Assembly: GCA_044440135.1 (NCBI GenBank) | Contig: JBIODC010000004.1 | Span: forward strand, 11,835-75,834 | Reading direction: 5' to 3' | Source: Steroidobacterales bacterium | Lineage (GTDB): Bacteria; Pseudomonadota; Gammaproteobacteria; Steroidobacterales; Steroidobacteraceae | DNA: 64,000 nucleotides | Part shown: positions 29,285-39,518 of the stretch, in pieces | Layout: each line of letters begins with the position of its first letter | Position numbering within the stretch: position 1 is the first letter of the stretch | Program-made: the position numbers and the translations under genes | The notes under the pieces: generated by a model | Databases searched by the model: none | What the model was told of the DNA's origin: nothing | Seen by the model: only the letters and a program-made list of their open reading frames with translations

Positions 29285-31767
29285 GTTTGATCTCCTCCCA
29301 GGGTTGGAGCGAGCGCGCGCGGAAATGTTCTGCCCGAGACCTGCCCGAGCTCCTCGGGCGCGAAATCATCGACATCGATGATCTGCATGATGCGCCGGTC
29401 GTAGTCGGCCAGCAGTTGCGCTTCCGCTTCGGTCAGAATGCCGAGCGTACGCGCCTGTTCGATCTGACCGGGCAGGTCGAGCGCGCTCAGGCGGCCGGTC
29501 TTCTGTCCTTCGACCCGCAGTTTTCGCTCCAGCGGCTCAGCCACGGCGGCGAGCTCGAGCGCCTGCTGCAGGGCACCGAGCGGGTTGCCGGGTTCTGCGG
29601 TGCGGTAGACCAGGCGGCTCAGCCGCGCGCGCGTGGCGGTGTCATTGAGTACCAGATCGGCGACGCGCCGGCCGAGCCGGTCGGCCGGTGCAAAATAGGT
29701 CAGGCCGCGCGGGAAGATCAGCAGCCGCATCATCGCGGCCAGCATGCGGTTGGGGAAGTTGCGCAGCACGCTATGCAGCTGCTCCTGGGCCTGATACAGC
29801 AGCTCGCGACAGGCCCATTCGACGATCGGGAGCTCTTCGGGGGGCTGGCCCTCGTTCTCGTGGTGCTTGAGCACCATCGAGGCCAGATACATCGCCGACA
29901 GCACGTCGCCGAGGCGCGCCGAGATGGTTTCCTTCTTCTTCAGGTAACCGCCCAGGGTCAGCATCGCGACATCGGTGGCAAAGGCGAACGAGGCGCTGAA
30001 GCGCTCGATGTGCTGGTAGTAGCGCCGCGTCGGCCCCGATTCCGGCACGCGATGCAGGCGCGCGAAGCTCAACGCCATCAGCAGCGATCGCACCGCGTTG
30101 GAGATCGTGAAGCCGATGTGGCCGAACAGCGCGCGATCAAATTCGGCCACGCCATGCTTGCGATCCTGGTCGCGTACCGCGTTCATCTCGCGCAGCACGA
30201 ACGGATGGCAGCGGATCGCCCCCTGGCCAAAGATGATCAGGCTGCGCGTGAGGATATTGGCGCCTTCGACCGTGATCGCGATCGGAATCGACTGATAGCC
30301 GCGGCCGAGATAGTTGTTCGGCCCGAGCATGATGCCCTTGCCGCCCTGTATATCCATGGCGTCGTTGCCGACGCGCCGTCCCATCTCGGTGACGTGATAT
30401 TTCAGGATCGCGGCCGGCACCGCGGGCTTCTCGCCGTTGTCGATCGCCGCCGTGGTCACACTGCGCGCCGCATCCATGATGTAGCCCAGGCCGACCATGC
30501 GCGCGATCACCTGCTCGACGCCCTCGAAACGCCCGATCGGGGTATTGAATTGCCGGCGCACGCGTGCGTAGGCGCCGGTGGCGAAGATTGCCGCCAGCGC
30601 CCCGCCGGTCGCGTTCGCGGGCAGGGAGATGCAGCGCCCCACCGACAGCTGTTCGACCAGCATGCGCCAACCCGAGCCCGCCATCTTCAGCCCGCCGATG
30701 ATGCAGTCGAGCGGCGCGAACACGTCGTGGCCGTGGACCGGTCCGTTCTGAAACGCAACGTCGAGCGGCAGATGGCGCCGTCCGATCTCGATGCCCGGCG
30801 TATCGCGCGGCAGCAGGGCGCAGGTGATGCCGATGTCGACCTTGTCGCCGAGCAGATGCTCGGGATCGAACATGCGAAATGCCAGTCCGACCACGGTCGC
30901 CACCGGCGCGAGCGTGATGTAGCGCTTGGAGAAATTGAACTTCAGGCCGATCACCTGCCGTCCCTGCCACAGGCCGCGGCACACCACGCCGGTGTCGGGA
31001 ATCGCTGCGGCGTCCGAGCCGACCCGCGGTCCGGTCAGCGCAAAGCACGGAATGTCTTCGCCGCGCGCCAGCCGCGGCAGGTAGTGGTTCTTCTGCTCCT
31101 CGGTCCCATAGTGCAGCAGCAGTTCCGCGGGCCCGAGCGAGTTCGGTACCGCGACCGTGGATGCGCAGGTCACGCTGCGGCCGGCGAGCTTGACCAGCAC
31201 ACACGAATGCGCATAGGTCGAGAACTCGAGGCCGCCGTAGCGTTTCGGAATGATCATCGCAAAGAAACCTTGCGATTTGATGTACTGCCAGACTTCCGGC
31301 GGCATGTCGCCACGCCGGTGCGTGATGTCGAAGTCATCGATCATGCGGCACAGCGTCTCGCACGGGCCGTCGAGAAACGCCTGCTCCTCGGCCGAAAGTC
31401 GTGGCGGCGCGGCCGCGTGCAATTTGCGCCAATCGGGACTGCCCGTGAACAGCTCGCCTTCCCACCACACCGTGCCGGCCTCGAGCGCGTCGCGCTCGGT
31501 ATCGGACATCGAGGGCAGCAGGCGCCGGTAGGCCCGCATGAACGGCCGGCTGATCAGTGCGATGCGCAGCGGACGCAGGTTCAGCAGCCAGAAACCCGCC
31601 AGCAGCAGCCACAGCAGGCCCTGCCACAACCCGGCGGGAGCGCCGAGCACGCTATAGGCGAGCAGCAGTACCGTAAAGGCGATGGTGAAGGAAAACAGCG
31701 GCAGGCGCCGGTATGCGAGATACAGCACCGCGACGATGAAAAACACGGTGATGATGGCGCCAATCAT
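29272..31767 (-). CDS. fadE: Long-form acyl-CoA dehydrogenase FadE
   Basis: 831 aa. N-terminal membrane-associated helices (MIGAIITVFFIVAVLYLAY...) followed by ACAD domains. Confidence 0.9.
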   Translation of the reverse strand: MIGAIITVFFIVAVLYLAYRRLPLFSFTIAFTVLLLAYSVLGAPAGLWQGLLWLLLAGFWLLNLRPLRIALISRPFMRAYRRLLPSMSDTERDALEAGTVWWEGELFTGSPDWRKLHAAAPPRLSAEEQAFLDGPCETLCRMIDDFDITHRRGDMPPEVWQYIKSQGFFAMIIPKRYGGLEFSTYAHSCVLVKLAGRSVTCASTVAVPNSLGPAELLLHYGTEEQKNHYLPRLARGEDIPCFALTGPRVGSDAAAIPDTGVVCRGLWQGRQVIGLKFNFSKRYITLAPVATVVGLAFRMFDPEHLLGDKVDIGITCALLPRDTPGIEIGRRHLPLDVAFQNGPVHGHDVFAPLDCIIGGLKMAGSGWRMLVEQLSVGRCISLPANATGGALAAIFATGAYARVRRQFNTPIGRFEGVEQVIARMVGLGYIMDAARSVTTAAIDNGEKPAVPAAILKYHVTEMGRRVGNDAMDIQGGKGIMLGPNNYLGRGYQSIPIAITVEGANILTRSLIIFGQGAIRCHPFVLREMNAVRDQDRKHGVAEFDRALFGHIGFTISNAVRSLLMALSFARLHRVPESGPTRRYYQHIERFSASFAFATDVAMLTLGGYLKKKETISARLGDVLSAMYLASMVLKHHENEGQPPEELPIVEWACRELLYQAQEQLHSVLRNFPNRMLAAMMRLLIFPRGLTYFAPADRLGRRVADLVLNDTATRARLSRLVYRTAEPGNPLGALQQALELAAVAEPLERKLRVEGQKTGRLSALDLPGQIEQARTLGILTEAEAQLLADYDRRIMQIIDVDDFAPEELGQVSGRTFPRALAPTLGGDQTCVS

Positions 31768-31835
31768 GGGTTCGCCCCTGCTGCAATACGATTCGTCGCG
31801 CGATGGAACTATAGCCCGTTGCGCGCTGTCGCGCT

Positions 31836-32819
31836 TCAGCCGCCGAGCAGCTCGCGCACGCCGTCGCGCTCCTCGCGCAGCTCCGCGGCGCTCAGATCCA
31901 TGCGTTTGCGGCTGAATTCATCGATCGAGAGCCCCGGCACGATCCGGTAGACGCCGTTGCTGCAGGTCACCGGGTGCGAGTAGATCAGGCCTGCCGCGAT
32001 CCCGTAGCTGCCATCCGAAGGAATGGCCATGCTGGTCCAGTCGCCTTCGGCGGTGCCGAGCATCCAGGTGCGCACATGATCGATCGCGGCCGAGGCGGCG
32101 GATGCCGCCGACGAGGAGCCGCGTGCCTTGATGACGGCGGCGCCGCGCTGTTGCACCGTAGGAATGAAATGCTCCTCGAGCCATCGCTGGTCGACCAGGC
32201 CGCGGGCCGGCTTGCCCTTGATCAGCGTGTGACTGACGTCCGGGTACTGGGTCGATGAATGATTGCCCCAGATCGTCAGGCGCCTGACGTCATTGACGTG
32301 CACGCCGGTCTTCTCGGCCAGCTGCGACAGCGCGCGGTTGTGATCGAGGCGCGTCATCGCGGTGAAGTTGCGCCGCTCCAGGCCCGGGGCGTTGCCGCTG
32401 GCAATCAGCGCATTGGTATTGGCCGGATTGCCGACCACCAGCACACGCAGCGTCCGGTCAGCGACCGCATCGAGCGCCTTGCCCTGCGCCGAGAAGATCT
32501 GCGCATTGGCGAGCAGCAGATCCTTGCGCTCCATCCCGGGCCCGCGCGGCCGCGCGCCCACCAGCAGCGCGACCTGGCAATCGCGGAATGCCACGCGCGC
32601 ATCGTCGGTGGCGACCACCTTGTGCAACGTCGGAAACGCGCAGTCGTGCAGTTCCATCACGACGCCGCCGAGCGTGGGCAGCGCCGGCGTGATTTCGAGC
32701 AGGTGCAGGTTGATCGGCTGATCGGCCCCGAGCATCGCCCCCGAGGCGATCCGAAACGCCAGCGCGTATCCGATTTGGCCGGCGGCGCCGGTGATGGCAA
32801 CGTTCAGGGGCTGTTTCAT
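31836..32819 (-). CDS. mdh: Malate dehydrogenase (327-aa form)
   Basis: [31 protein letters not shown], then [15 protein letters not shown] and NHSSTQYPD motifs. Confidence 0.93.
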   Translation of the reverse strand: MKQPLNVAITGAAGQIGYALAFRIASGAMLGADQPINLHLLEITPALPTLGGVVMELHDCAFPTLHKVVATDDARVAFRDCQVALLVGARPRGPGMERKDLLLANAQIFSAQGKALDAVADRTLRVLVVGNPANTNALIASGNAPGLERRNFTAMTRLDHNRALSQLAEKTGVHVNDVRRLTIWGNHSSTQYPDVSHTLIKGKPARGLVDQRWLEEHFIPTVQQRGAAVIKARGSSSAASAASAAIDHVRTWMLGTAEGDWTSMAIPSDGSYGIAAGLIYSHPVTCSNGVYRIVPGLSIDEFSRKRMDLSAAELREERDGVRELLGG

Positions 32820-32905
32820 GGGGGCTCCGGGACGAAAAGAGCGCTGATTCTAGTGACCCCAGCCTGCCCGGCAAGCTCCAGGCCGTCCGGCGGTGGCCGC
32901 AGATT

Positions 32906-32931
32906 TAGTGTTATACTTAACTACAACACTA
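32906..32931. promoter_or_regulatory. AT-rich nested palindrome, candidate operator for the adjacent GntR/YtrA regulator
   Basis: TAGTGTT-ATACTTAACTAC-AACACTA has 7-nt inverted arms, with an inner GTTA-N4-TAAC. It lies 29 nt upstream of the gntR-type GTG in an otherwise GC-rich intergenic region. Confidence 0.4.
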
Positions 32932-32959
32932 TCTTATCGAGCATGCCTGCAAGCAACGC

Positions 32960-33391
32960 GTGAGCGACGATACCCATTGGAACGCCGGTCAACCGATCTA
33001 TCGACAGCTGCGCGATCGCGTGGTTGCGATGATCCTCGAGGGCGTGCTCAAGGAGGGTGATGCGTTGCCGTCGGTGCGCCATGTCGCCGCCGAGTTCCGC
33101 CTCAACCCGCTGACCGTGCTCAAGGGTTACCAGCAACTGGTGGACGAGCGGCTGGTCGAAAAACGCCGCGGCCTCGGCATGTACGTGAGCGTCGGGGCTG
33201 CGGCCGCACTGCTCACCGACGAGCGCCGGCGCTTTCTCGAGAGCCACTGGCCGAAAGTGCGCGCGACCATCGCGCGCCTGGGCCTGTCCGCCGACGAGCT
33301 GCTCCAGCCGCCCACCAGCCCGACGCCCGGGCCTGCGAGCGCGTCGGGCCCGCAAGCGAACGAGGATCATGACGATGACCACGATCATTGA
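32960..33391 (+). CDS. GntR family (YtrA-like) transcriptional regulator
   Basis: Winged helix PIYRQLRDRVVAMILEGVLKEGDALPSVRHVAAEFRLNPLTVLKGYQQL, short C-terminal region and an acidic/His tail NEDHDDDHDH. Confidence 0.85.
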   Translation: MSDDTHWNAGQPIYRQLRDRVVAMILEGVLKEGDALPSVRHVAAEFRLNPLTVLKGYQQLVDERLVEKRRGLGMYVSVGAAAALLTDERRRFLESHWPKVRATIARLGLSADELLQPPTSPTPGPASASGPQANEDHDDDHDH

Positions 33392-34232
33392 AGCCAAAGA
33401 CCTCAGCAAACGATACGGCGGTTTCGTCGCCCTCGACCACGTCGGCTTTCGAGTGCAACCGGGCCGCATCGTCGGGCTGATCGGACGCAATGGCGCCGGC
33501 AAGACCACGCTGCTGAAGGCGATCCTCGGCCTGACCAGCTGCGAGGGCAGCGTGCGGGTCCTGGAGCTTGAGCCGGCGCGCGATCGCAATGCATTGATGA
33601 GCCAGGTGTGCTTCATCGCCGATACGGCGGTGCTGCCACGCTGGCTGTGCGTGCGCCACGCCATTGACTATGTCGCGGGCGTGCATCCGCGCTTCGATCG
33701 CGCGCGCGCCGAGCAGGTGCTGGCCACGACCAGCATCCGGCGCGACAGCCGCATCGGCGAGCTGTCCAAGGGCATGATCACGCAGCTGCATCTGGCCCTG
33801 ATCCTCGCGATCGACGCGCGCCTGCTGGTGCTCGATGAGCCGACGCTCGGACTCGACCTGATCTACCGCCGCCAGTTCTACGACACGCTGCTCAACGACT
33901 ACTTCAACCAGCAGCGCACGATCCTGCTGACCACCCATCAGGTCGAGGAAGTCGAGAATCTGCTGACCGACGTGATGTTCATCGATCGCGGCCGCATCGT
34001 GCTCGACGCCGCGGTGGAGGATCTTGGCGCGCGCTTCCAGCAGCTCGATGTCGCCGCCAACAGCATCGAGGCGGCGCGCGCGCTCAAGCCGTTTCACGTG
34101 CGCGAGCTGTTTGGCCGCACCATCATGCTGTTCGAGAACCGCTCGGCGCTGGACCTCGCCGGCCTTGGTGAGCTGCGCACGCCCGGCATTGCCGACCTGT
34201 TCGCGGCCAGGATGCAGGCGGTGGCGTCATGA
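33369..34232 (+). CDS. ABC transporter ATP-binding protein
   Basis: Walker A GRNGAGKTT, signature LSKGMITQL, Walker B LLVLDEPT. Overlaps the regulator gene by 23 nt. Confidence 0.9.
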   Translation: MTMTTIIEAKDLSKRYGGFVALDHVGFRVQPGRIVGLIGRNGAGKTTLLKAILGLTSCEGSVRVLELEPARDRNALMSQVCFIADTAVLPRWLCVRHAIDYVAGVHPRFDRARAEQVLATTSIRRDSRIGELSKGMITQLHLALILAIDARLLVLDEPTLGLDLIYRRQFYDTLLNDYFNQQRTILLTTHQVEEVENLLTDVMFIDRGRIVLDAAVEDLGARFQQLDVAANSIEAARALKPFHVRELFGRTIMLFENRSALDLAGLGELRTPGIADLFAARMQAVAS

Positions 34233-35140
34233 GTGCGCTGCAGATCCAGATCCGGCGCGAGTTCTGGGAGCATCGCGCGCTGTGGATCACGCCGCTTGCG
34301 ATCGCGATCGTGCTGCTGCTCCTCACGTGGCTGTTTGGCCACGTCCGGGTCGGCCTCGGTGATCCGCAGGCGCTTGAATACCGGGAGTTCGCGCCGCCGC
34401 TCTACCAGCTGATGCTGCTCGGATGGGCGGTGCCGTTCTATCTGGCGACCGCGATCCTGGCCGCCTCCTACCTGCTCGACTGCCTGTATGGCGAGCGCCG
34501 CGACCGCAGCATCCTGTTCTGGCGCTCGATGCCGGTATCGGATGCGCGCACGGTGCTGGTGAAGCTGCTGGTCGGACTGGTGCTGGTCCCGCTCGGAACG
34601 TTCCTCATCGCCGGAGCGACCAGCCTGCTGGCCAGCGGCCTGATGGCGTTGCGCCATCACACCCTGGTCATCAACGGCCTGAGCGTTCCACTGTGGAACA
34701 CCGTAGCGTGGCTGCAGATGCAGGGCGTGATGCTCTACGGCCTGGTCGCGGCGCTGCTCTGGTACGCACCGTTTGCCGCTTACCTGCTGCTGATCTCGGT
34801 CTGGGCGCGCCGCTCGCCCTACGCCTGGGCGTTCATTCCGCCGCTGCTGCTGGTGATCTTCGAGCACATGATGTTCGGTACCAATTACATCGGCCACGTC
34901 GTCAACGGCGGCTTCGGTGAGCTGCTGCATCGCGCGTTTCGCGCCCCGCACAGCGCGATGATGATCAGCAGCGACCTGGCCGCGGCGCCGGCTGGCGCAG
35001 GCGCCGCGCTCTGCCCGAGCGGCGTGCTGCTCGACCCGCTGAACCTGCTGGCCAGTGCGCGACTGTGGTGGGGACTGCTGGCGGCGGCCGCGATGAGCGC
35101 GCTGGCAATCCATCTGCGTCGTTTCGGCGACGATGCCTGA
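34229..35140 (+). CDS. ABC-2-type transporter permease / membrane protein
   Basis: ATGA overlap with the ATPase gene. 303 aa with about 6 hydrophobic helices. Confidence 0.7.
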   Translation: MSALQIQIRREFWEHRALWITPLAIAIVLLLLTWLFGHVRVGLGDPQALEYREFAPPLYQLMLLGWAVPFYLATAILAASYLLDCLYGERRDRSILFWRSMPVSDARTVLVKLLVGLVLVPLGTFLIAGATSLLASGLMALRHHTLVINGLSVPLWNTVAWLQMQGVMLYGLVAALLWYAPFAAYLLLISVWARRSPYAWAFIPPLLLVIFEHMMFGTNYIGHVVNGGFGELLHRAFRAPHSAMMISSDLAAAPAGAGAALCPSGVLLDPLNLLASARLWWGLLAAAAMSALAIHLRRFGDDA

Positions 35141-35636
35141 AGCCGCCGGCTGCTGCGGCGATAGATGCAGCCGATGCTCCCGATCCGATCAGGCGATTGG
35201 AGCAGCCGCATCGCTCGAACAGCTGCTGAATGCGCGGCTGGCCGATGCGCTCGACCTGGAATCGGCGAGCAAGCAGGCTCACTGGAACGTCAAGGGCCCG
35301 CATTTCATCGCGCTGCACCAGTTGTTCGATCAGGTGCACGCCAGCATCGAGCAGCACGTCGACGTCATTGCCGAGCGCATCACCGCGCTCGGCACCGTGC
35401 AGGCCGTCGCGAGCGCCAGCTCGCTCGCGCCGTACCCACAGCACATCAGCGAGGGTATCGAGCACCTCGAAGCGCTGTCGGACCGTCTGGCCGACTTCGG
35501 CAGAAAAATCCGTGCCGCGATCGCCGTCTCGGACCAGTTCGGCGACGCCGACACGGCCGACCTGTTCACCGGCATTTCGCGCGATGCCGACAAGTACCTG
35601 TGGTTGCTCGAGGCCCATCTGCAGGGCAAGCGCTGA
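35133..35636 (+). CDS. dps: Dps family DNA-protection/ferritin-like protein with Cys-rich N-terminal tail
   Basis: HWNVKGPHFIALHQLFDQVHASIEQHVDVIAERI ferroxidase region. ATG 35133 is the only in-frame ATG/GTG/TTG before the conserved core. It overlaps the permease stop by 8 nt. Confidence 0.85.
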   Translation: MPEAAGCCGDRCSRCSRSDQAIGAAASLEQLLNARLADALDLESASKQAHWNVKGPHFIALHQLFDQVHASIEQHVDVIAERITALGTVQAVASASSLAPYPQHISEGIEHLEALSDRLADFGRKIRAAIAVSDQFGDADTADLFTGISRDADKYLWLLEAHLQGKR

Positions 35637-35697
35637 CGCTCGCGCGCCAACACTGCTAGCATCGGCGGCACGAAGTTGCAGAGCGCATGGAGCCGTC

Positions 35698-35940
35698 ATG
35701 AACCAGCCGACCGTGGCCGGGCGCGGGCCGATCGCCGTGGATGTCGAGGCAGGCAGGACTTACTACTGGTGCAGCTGCGGTCTGTCGACCACGCAGCCGT
35801 TCTGCAGCGGTGCCCATAAGGGCAGCGGGTTCACGCCGGTAGCGTACGTGGCCGAGCGCAGCGGCCGGGTATATTTCTGCGCCTGCAAGCATTCCGCCAA
35901 GTCGCCGCTGTGCGACGGCACGCACAAGACCCTGCCCTGA
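35698..35940 (+). CDS. CDGSH iron-sulfur domain protein (two CDGSH-type motifs)
   Basis: SD GGAG lies upstream of ATG 35698. 80 aa. Motifs WCSCGLSTTQPFCSGAHK and FCACKHSAKSPLCDGTHK. Confidence 0.85.
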   Translation: MNQPTVAGRGPIAVDVEAGRTYYWCSCGLSTTQPFCSGAHKGSGFTPVAYVAERSGRVYFCACKHSAKSPLCDGTHKTLP

Positions 35941-35956
35941 ACCGAACGAGCGCCGC

Positions 35957-37069
35957 ATGTACCTGACCGCGCGGCGCACTGCGGATGAGCTGAACCTGGA
36001 GCTCAGCGGCGACTGGCACGCGTTGCGGTTCGCAGCCATCGAGGCCGAGCTTGCGACCGTCGATATCGCCGGCCTGCGCCGCGTCGTGATCGACGCCGGG
36101 CAGGCGAAGCTCGATCTGACCGGGGCCTGGCTGCTGCGCGAGTTTCTCAAGCGGGCGCGCGCTGCCGGCGCGAGCATTGAGTTCCAGGGCATCGAGCCTT
36201 CCGCGCTGGCCCTGGTGGAACGCTGTAAGACCGGCGCCATCACCGTGGAGACCCGCGCCATCGAATGGCTCGATCCGGCCCATGCGGTCGAAGGCCTGGG
36301 CCGGCGCGCGTTACATGGCTTCGACAGCGTCACCGGCGGCGTGAGCTTCCTGGGTCGCATCGGCGTCGCCTTTGTGCGCGCGCTGTCGCGCCTGCGACTG
36401 CGGCCGGTCTCGATTGCGCGCCATGTCTACGACACCGGCGTCACGGCGATTCCAATCGTATCGATGATCGCCTTTCTGATCAGCGTGATCCTCGCCTACA
36501 TGGGGGCGCAGCAGCTGCGCCAGTTCGGCGCCGATATCTTCGTGGTGGATCTGGTGACCGTCGGCGTACTGCGTGAGCTCGGGGTGCTGCTCACCGCGAT
36601 CATCGTCGCCGGCCGCTCCGGCAGCGCATTCGCCGCCGAGATCGGCGCCATGCAGCTCAACGAAGAAGTCGATGCGCTGTACGCCATCGGCGTCGATCCG
36701 ATCGAGGTGCTGGTGCTGCCGCGGCTGCTCGGCCTGGTGATCGCGCTGCCGCTGCTCACCCTGGTGGCCGACATCATCGGTCTGGTCGGTGGCGGTCTGC
36801 TGTGCCACTCGCTGCTCGACATGCCGCTGGCGCAGTATCTGCACCGCGCCCAGGGCGCCATCGCCAGCACCACGTTCTGGGTCGGCATCATGAAGGCGCC
36901 GGTGTTTGCCTGCCTGATCGCGTATTCGGGCTGTTACTGTGGCATGAGCGTGCGCGGCTCTTCACGCGATCTGGGCCGCCTGACGACGCTCGCGGTCGTG
37001 CAGGCGATCTTTTTCGTGATCCTGGTCGATGCGTTGTTTGCGGTGCTGTTCATGGAGATCGATGTCTGA
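35957..37069 (+). CDS. MlaE-family ABC permease with N-terminal STAS-like domain
   Basis: 370 aa. N-terminal 100 aa or so is STAS-like (LNLELSGDWHA...VVIDAGQAKLDLTGAWLL), then an MlaE-type membrane domain. Confidence 0.85.
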   Translation: MYLTARRTADELNLELSGDWHALRFAAIEAELATVDIAGLRRVVIDAGQAKLDLTGAWLLREFLKRARAAGASIEFQGIEPSALALVERCKTGAITVETRAIEWLDPAHAVEGLGRRALHGFDSVTGGVSFLGRIGVAFVRALSRLRLRPVSIARHVYDTGVTAIPIVSMIAFLISVILAYMGAQQLRQFGADIFVVDLVTVGVLRELGVLLTAIIVAGRSGSAFAAEIGAMQLNEEVDALYAIGVDPIEVLVLPRLLGLVIALPLLTLVADIIGLVGGGLLCHSLLDMPLAQYLHRAQGAIASTTFWVGIMKAPVFACLIAYSGCYCGMSVRGSSRDLGRLTTLAVVQAIFFVILVDALFAVLFMEIDV

Positions 37070-37833
37070 TGCGCACGATGCTGGAGGTTCAGGGCGTGGT
37101 CAACCGCTTCGGTGCCCAGATCGTGCATCAGGGCGTCGACATGCAGGTGTACGAGGGGGAGGTCTTTGGCATCATCGGCGGCTCGGGTTCGGGCAAATCG
37201 GTGCTGCTGCGTACCATCCTCGGTCTGCGCAAGCCCAACGCCGGCAGCGTGCGATTTCTCGGCCGCGAGCTCGGCAGCATGAACGCGGCGGAACTGCATG
37301 CGCTGAAGGCCAGCTACGGCGTGACCTTCCAGCAGGGCGCGTTGTTCGGCTCACTCGACGTGCGCCAGAACGTACAGCTGCCGATGCTCGAGCACCTGCA
37401 GCTCAGCGCGCGCGCGCTCGACGAGCTCGCCCTGCTCAGGGTGCAGCTGGTCGGGCTGCCGGCCGAGGCGGCACGCAAGTATCCAGCGCAGCTCTCCGGT
37501 GGCATGATCAAGCGCGCGGCGCTGGCGCGCGCGCTCGCGCTCGATCCACTGCTGCTGTTCCTCGACGAGCCGACTTCCGGCCTCGACCCGATCAGTGCGG
37601 CGGCATTCGACGAGCTGTTGATTTACCTGCATCGCGAACTGAAGCTCACCGTGGTGATGATTACGCACGATCTGGACACCATCTTCCGCACCTGCAGCCG
37701 GGTGGGCGTCATCGTCGACGGCAAGATGATCAGCGACACGCTCGAGGCCATCGTGCACAACCCGCATCCCTGGATAAAGGCCTATTTCCAGGGCGAGCGC
37801 GCGCAAGCGCGCCGGAGGGAGCATGGAACGTGA
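37069..37833 (+). CDS. MlaF-like ABC transporter ATP-binding protein
   Basis: ATG 37069 overlaps the upstream TGA (TGATG). GGSGSGKSV, LSGGMIKR, LLFLDEPTSGLD. Confidence 0.9.
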   Translation: MRTMLEVQGVVNRFGAQIVHQGVDMQVYEGEVFGIIGGSGSGKSVLLRTILGLRKPNAGSVRFLGRELGSMNAAELHALKASYGVTFQQGALFGSLDVRQNVQLPMLEHLQLSARALDELALLRVQLVGLPAEAARKYPAQLSGGMIKRAALARALALDPLLLFLDEPTSGLDPISAAAFDELLIYLHRELKLTVVMITHDLDTIFRTCSRVGVIVDGKMISDTLEAIVHNPHPWIKAYFQGERAQARRREHGT

Positions 37834-38767
37834 AGCCAACTACCTCGCGGTCGGCAGCTTCGTGCTGCTGGTGGTGGTGATGGGGTTCCTGTTCGTCTAC
37901 TGGTACTCCGCCAGCATCGAGCACCGCACCTACCTGCGCTACGAGATCTATTTCGACGGCAGCGTCAGCGGGCTGTCGCAAGGCGGCCCGGTGCGCTATC
38001 TGGGCGTGGACGTCGGCCGCGTGGTACGCATCCTCGTCGATCCACGCGCCGCCAATCGCGTCCAGGTGATCGCCGACATCGAGGCCACCACACCGATCTC
38101 GGAGCGTACCCTGGCGCAACTGTCGCTGCAGGGGGTGACCGGCCTGCTGTACATCGATCTGCAGCAGCAACGCGTCGATGACACCGGCCGAAGCATTCTG
38201 GCCGGGGTCCCGAGCGAGCGCTATCCGGTGATCCGTTCGGCGCATTCGGACTTTGATCTGTTTCTGAGCAGCCTGCCGGAACTGACGGCGCGGCTGAATC
38301 GATTGGTCGATCGCTCCACCCGGATACTGTCGGACAAGAACATCGCTGGCCTGGAGCGTATGGTGGCAAATCTCGACCAGGCCTCGGCAAAGCTGCCGCA
38401 CACCGCGGGCAACCTCGACGGCCTGGTGGAGAAGCTGCGCGCGACCGTCGACGACGCGGACCAGGTGATCAGCGACATTCACGGCGCCACGCGCAGCGCG
38501 AGCGTCGATATCGTCGCCGCGGCGCAGAAGCTGCGTGCGACCAGCGACAATCTGGAGCGCGCCACCGGCAGCCTGGACGCCTTCGTCGCCGAGAATCGCG
38601 ATCAGCTCACCGGCTTCGTGCGCGGCGACCTGCCGCAGATCGATCTGCTGCTGCGCGACAGCCGTGCGGCGGCGCAGGAGATCCGCGAGCTGTCGCGCAG
38701 CCTGCGCGACAATCCGTCGCAGCTGCTCTACCAGCCGGTGGCCGGCGGCGTGGTGATACCGCCATGA
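37823..38767 (+). CDS. MlaD/MCE family substrate-binding protein
   Basis: N-terminal anchor ANYLAVGSFVLLVVVMGFLFVYW, MCE core GLSQGGPVRYLGVDVGRV and a long helical C-terminus. Confidence 0.85.
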   Translation: MEREANYLAVGSFVLLVVVMGFLFVYWYSASIEHRTYLRYEIYFDGSVSGLSQGGPVRYLGVDVGRVVRILVDPRAANRVQVIADIEATTPISERTLAQLSLQGVTGLLYIDLQQQRVDDTGRSILAGVPSERYPVIRSAHSDFDLFLSSLPELTARLNRLVDRSTRILSDKNIAGLERMVANLDQASAKLPHTAGNLDGLVEKLRATVDDADQVISDIHGATRSASVDIVAAAQKLRATSDNLERATGSLDAFVAENRDQLTGFVRGDLPQIDLLLRDSRAAAQEIRELSRSLRDNPSQLLYQPVAGGVVIPP

Positions 38768-39408
38768 AGATTGCGCCATCGGCACCATCGTTGATGCAGC
38801 GCCGCGCCGCACGGCTGCCATGGGTGCTGCTGCTGCTGGCCGGCTGCAGCGGTGGGCTCAAGAGCAACCTGCCGCCAGCGCAGGTGTATGTGCTGCAACC
38901 GACGATCGCCGCGCCCGCCGCGCCTGCGCGAAGCTCAGGCACGGTCCAGGTCATGCTGCCGCTGGCCGCCCCGGGACTGGCGGGCGACGGCATTGTCGTG
39001 CTGCACCCGGGACAGCGGCTCGACTATTACAGCGCCGCGCGCTGGGCCGCAGCCGCACCGATCGTGCTGCAGACTCTGGCGATCGAGGCGTTGCGTGCAT
39101 CGAACCGCTTTGCGATGGTCGAATCGGACGCCGGACCGTTCGCCGCCGAGTATGTGCTGAGTCTGGAGCTGCGCCACTTCGAAGCCGAATACCGCGATAG
39201 CGGGCCGCCGACGGTGCATGTGTCGCTGATCGCTACGCTGGGACGGCGCGGCACGCGCGATGCCGTGGTCAGCTTCACCGCCGACAGCGAGGTCAGGGCG
39301 GAGGCCGATCGTATGCAGGCGGTAGTCGCGGCTTTCGAGCGCGCCACCGCGGATGCCCTGTCGCAGCTGGCCGCCAATGCGGCATTGCCGGCAGCAGCGC
39401 AGCCTTGA
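38764..39408 (+). CDS. ABC-type transport auxiliary lipoprotein (DUF330/PqiC-like)
   Basis: ATGA overlap. Lipobox LLLLAGC|SGG. 214 aa. It is the usual fourth gene of MCE-type operons. Confidence 0.75.
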   Translation: MKIAPSAPSLMQRRAARLPWVLLLLAGCSGGLKSNLPPAQVYVLQPTIAAPAAPARSSGTVQVMLPLAAPGLAGDGIVVLHPGQRLDYYSAARWAAAAPIVLQTLAIEALRASNRFAMVESDAGPFAAEYVLSLELRHFEAEYRDSGPPTVHVSLIATLGRRGTRDAVVSFTADSEVRAEADRMQAVVAAFERATADALSQLAANAALPAAAQP

Positions 39409-39518
39409 GGTTGATGGGGCCGTCGTGGCGCGGCAAGGTACATCCGTGAGGCACGATCGGCGTTGGCATCGACATCGGGGCGAGAGCGAAGGTTAGCTGA
39501 CTGCAAGCAGAACTCACC

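Noticed and set aside
29287-31950. 887-aa plus-strand ORF, the longest in the track
   Set aside because: It lies fully antisense to fadE and part of mdh. Its composition is Arg/Ala/Gly/His-rich with no motifs. This is a classic high-GC antisense shadow frame.
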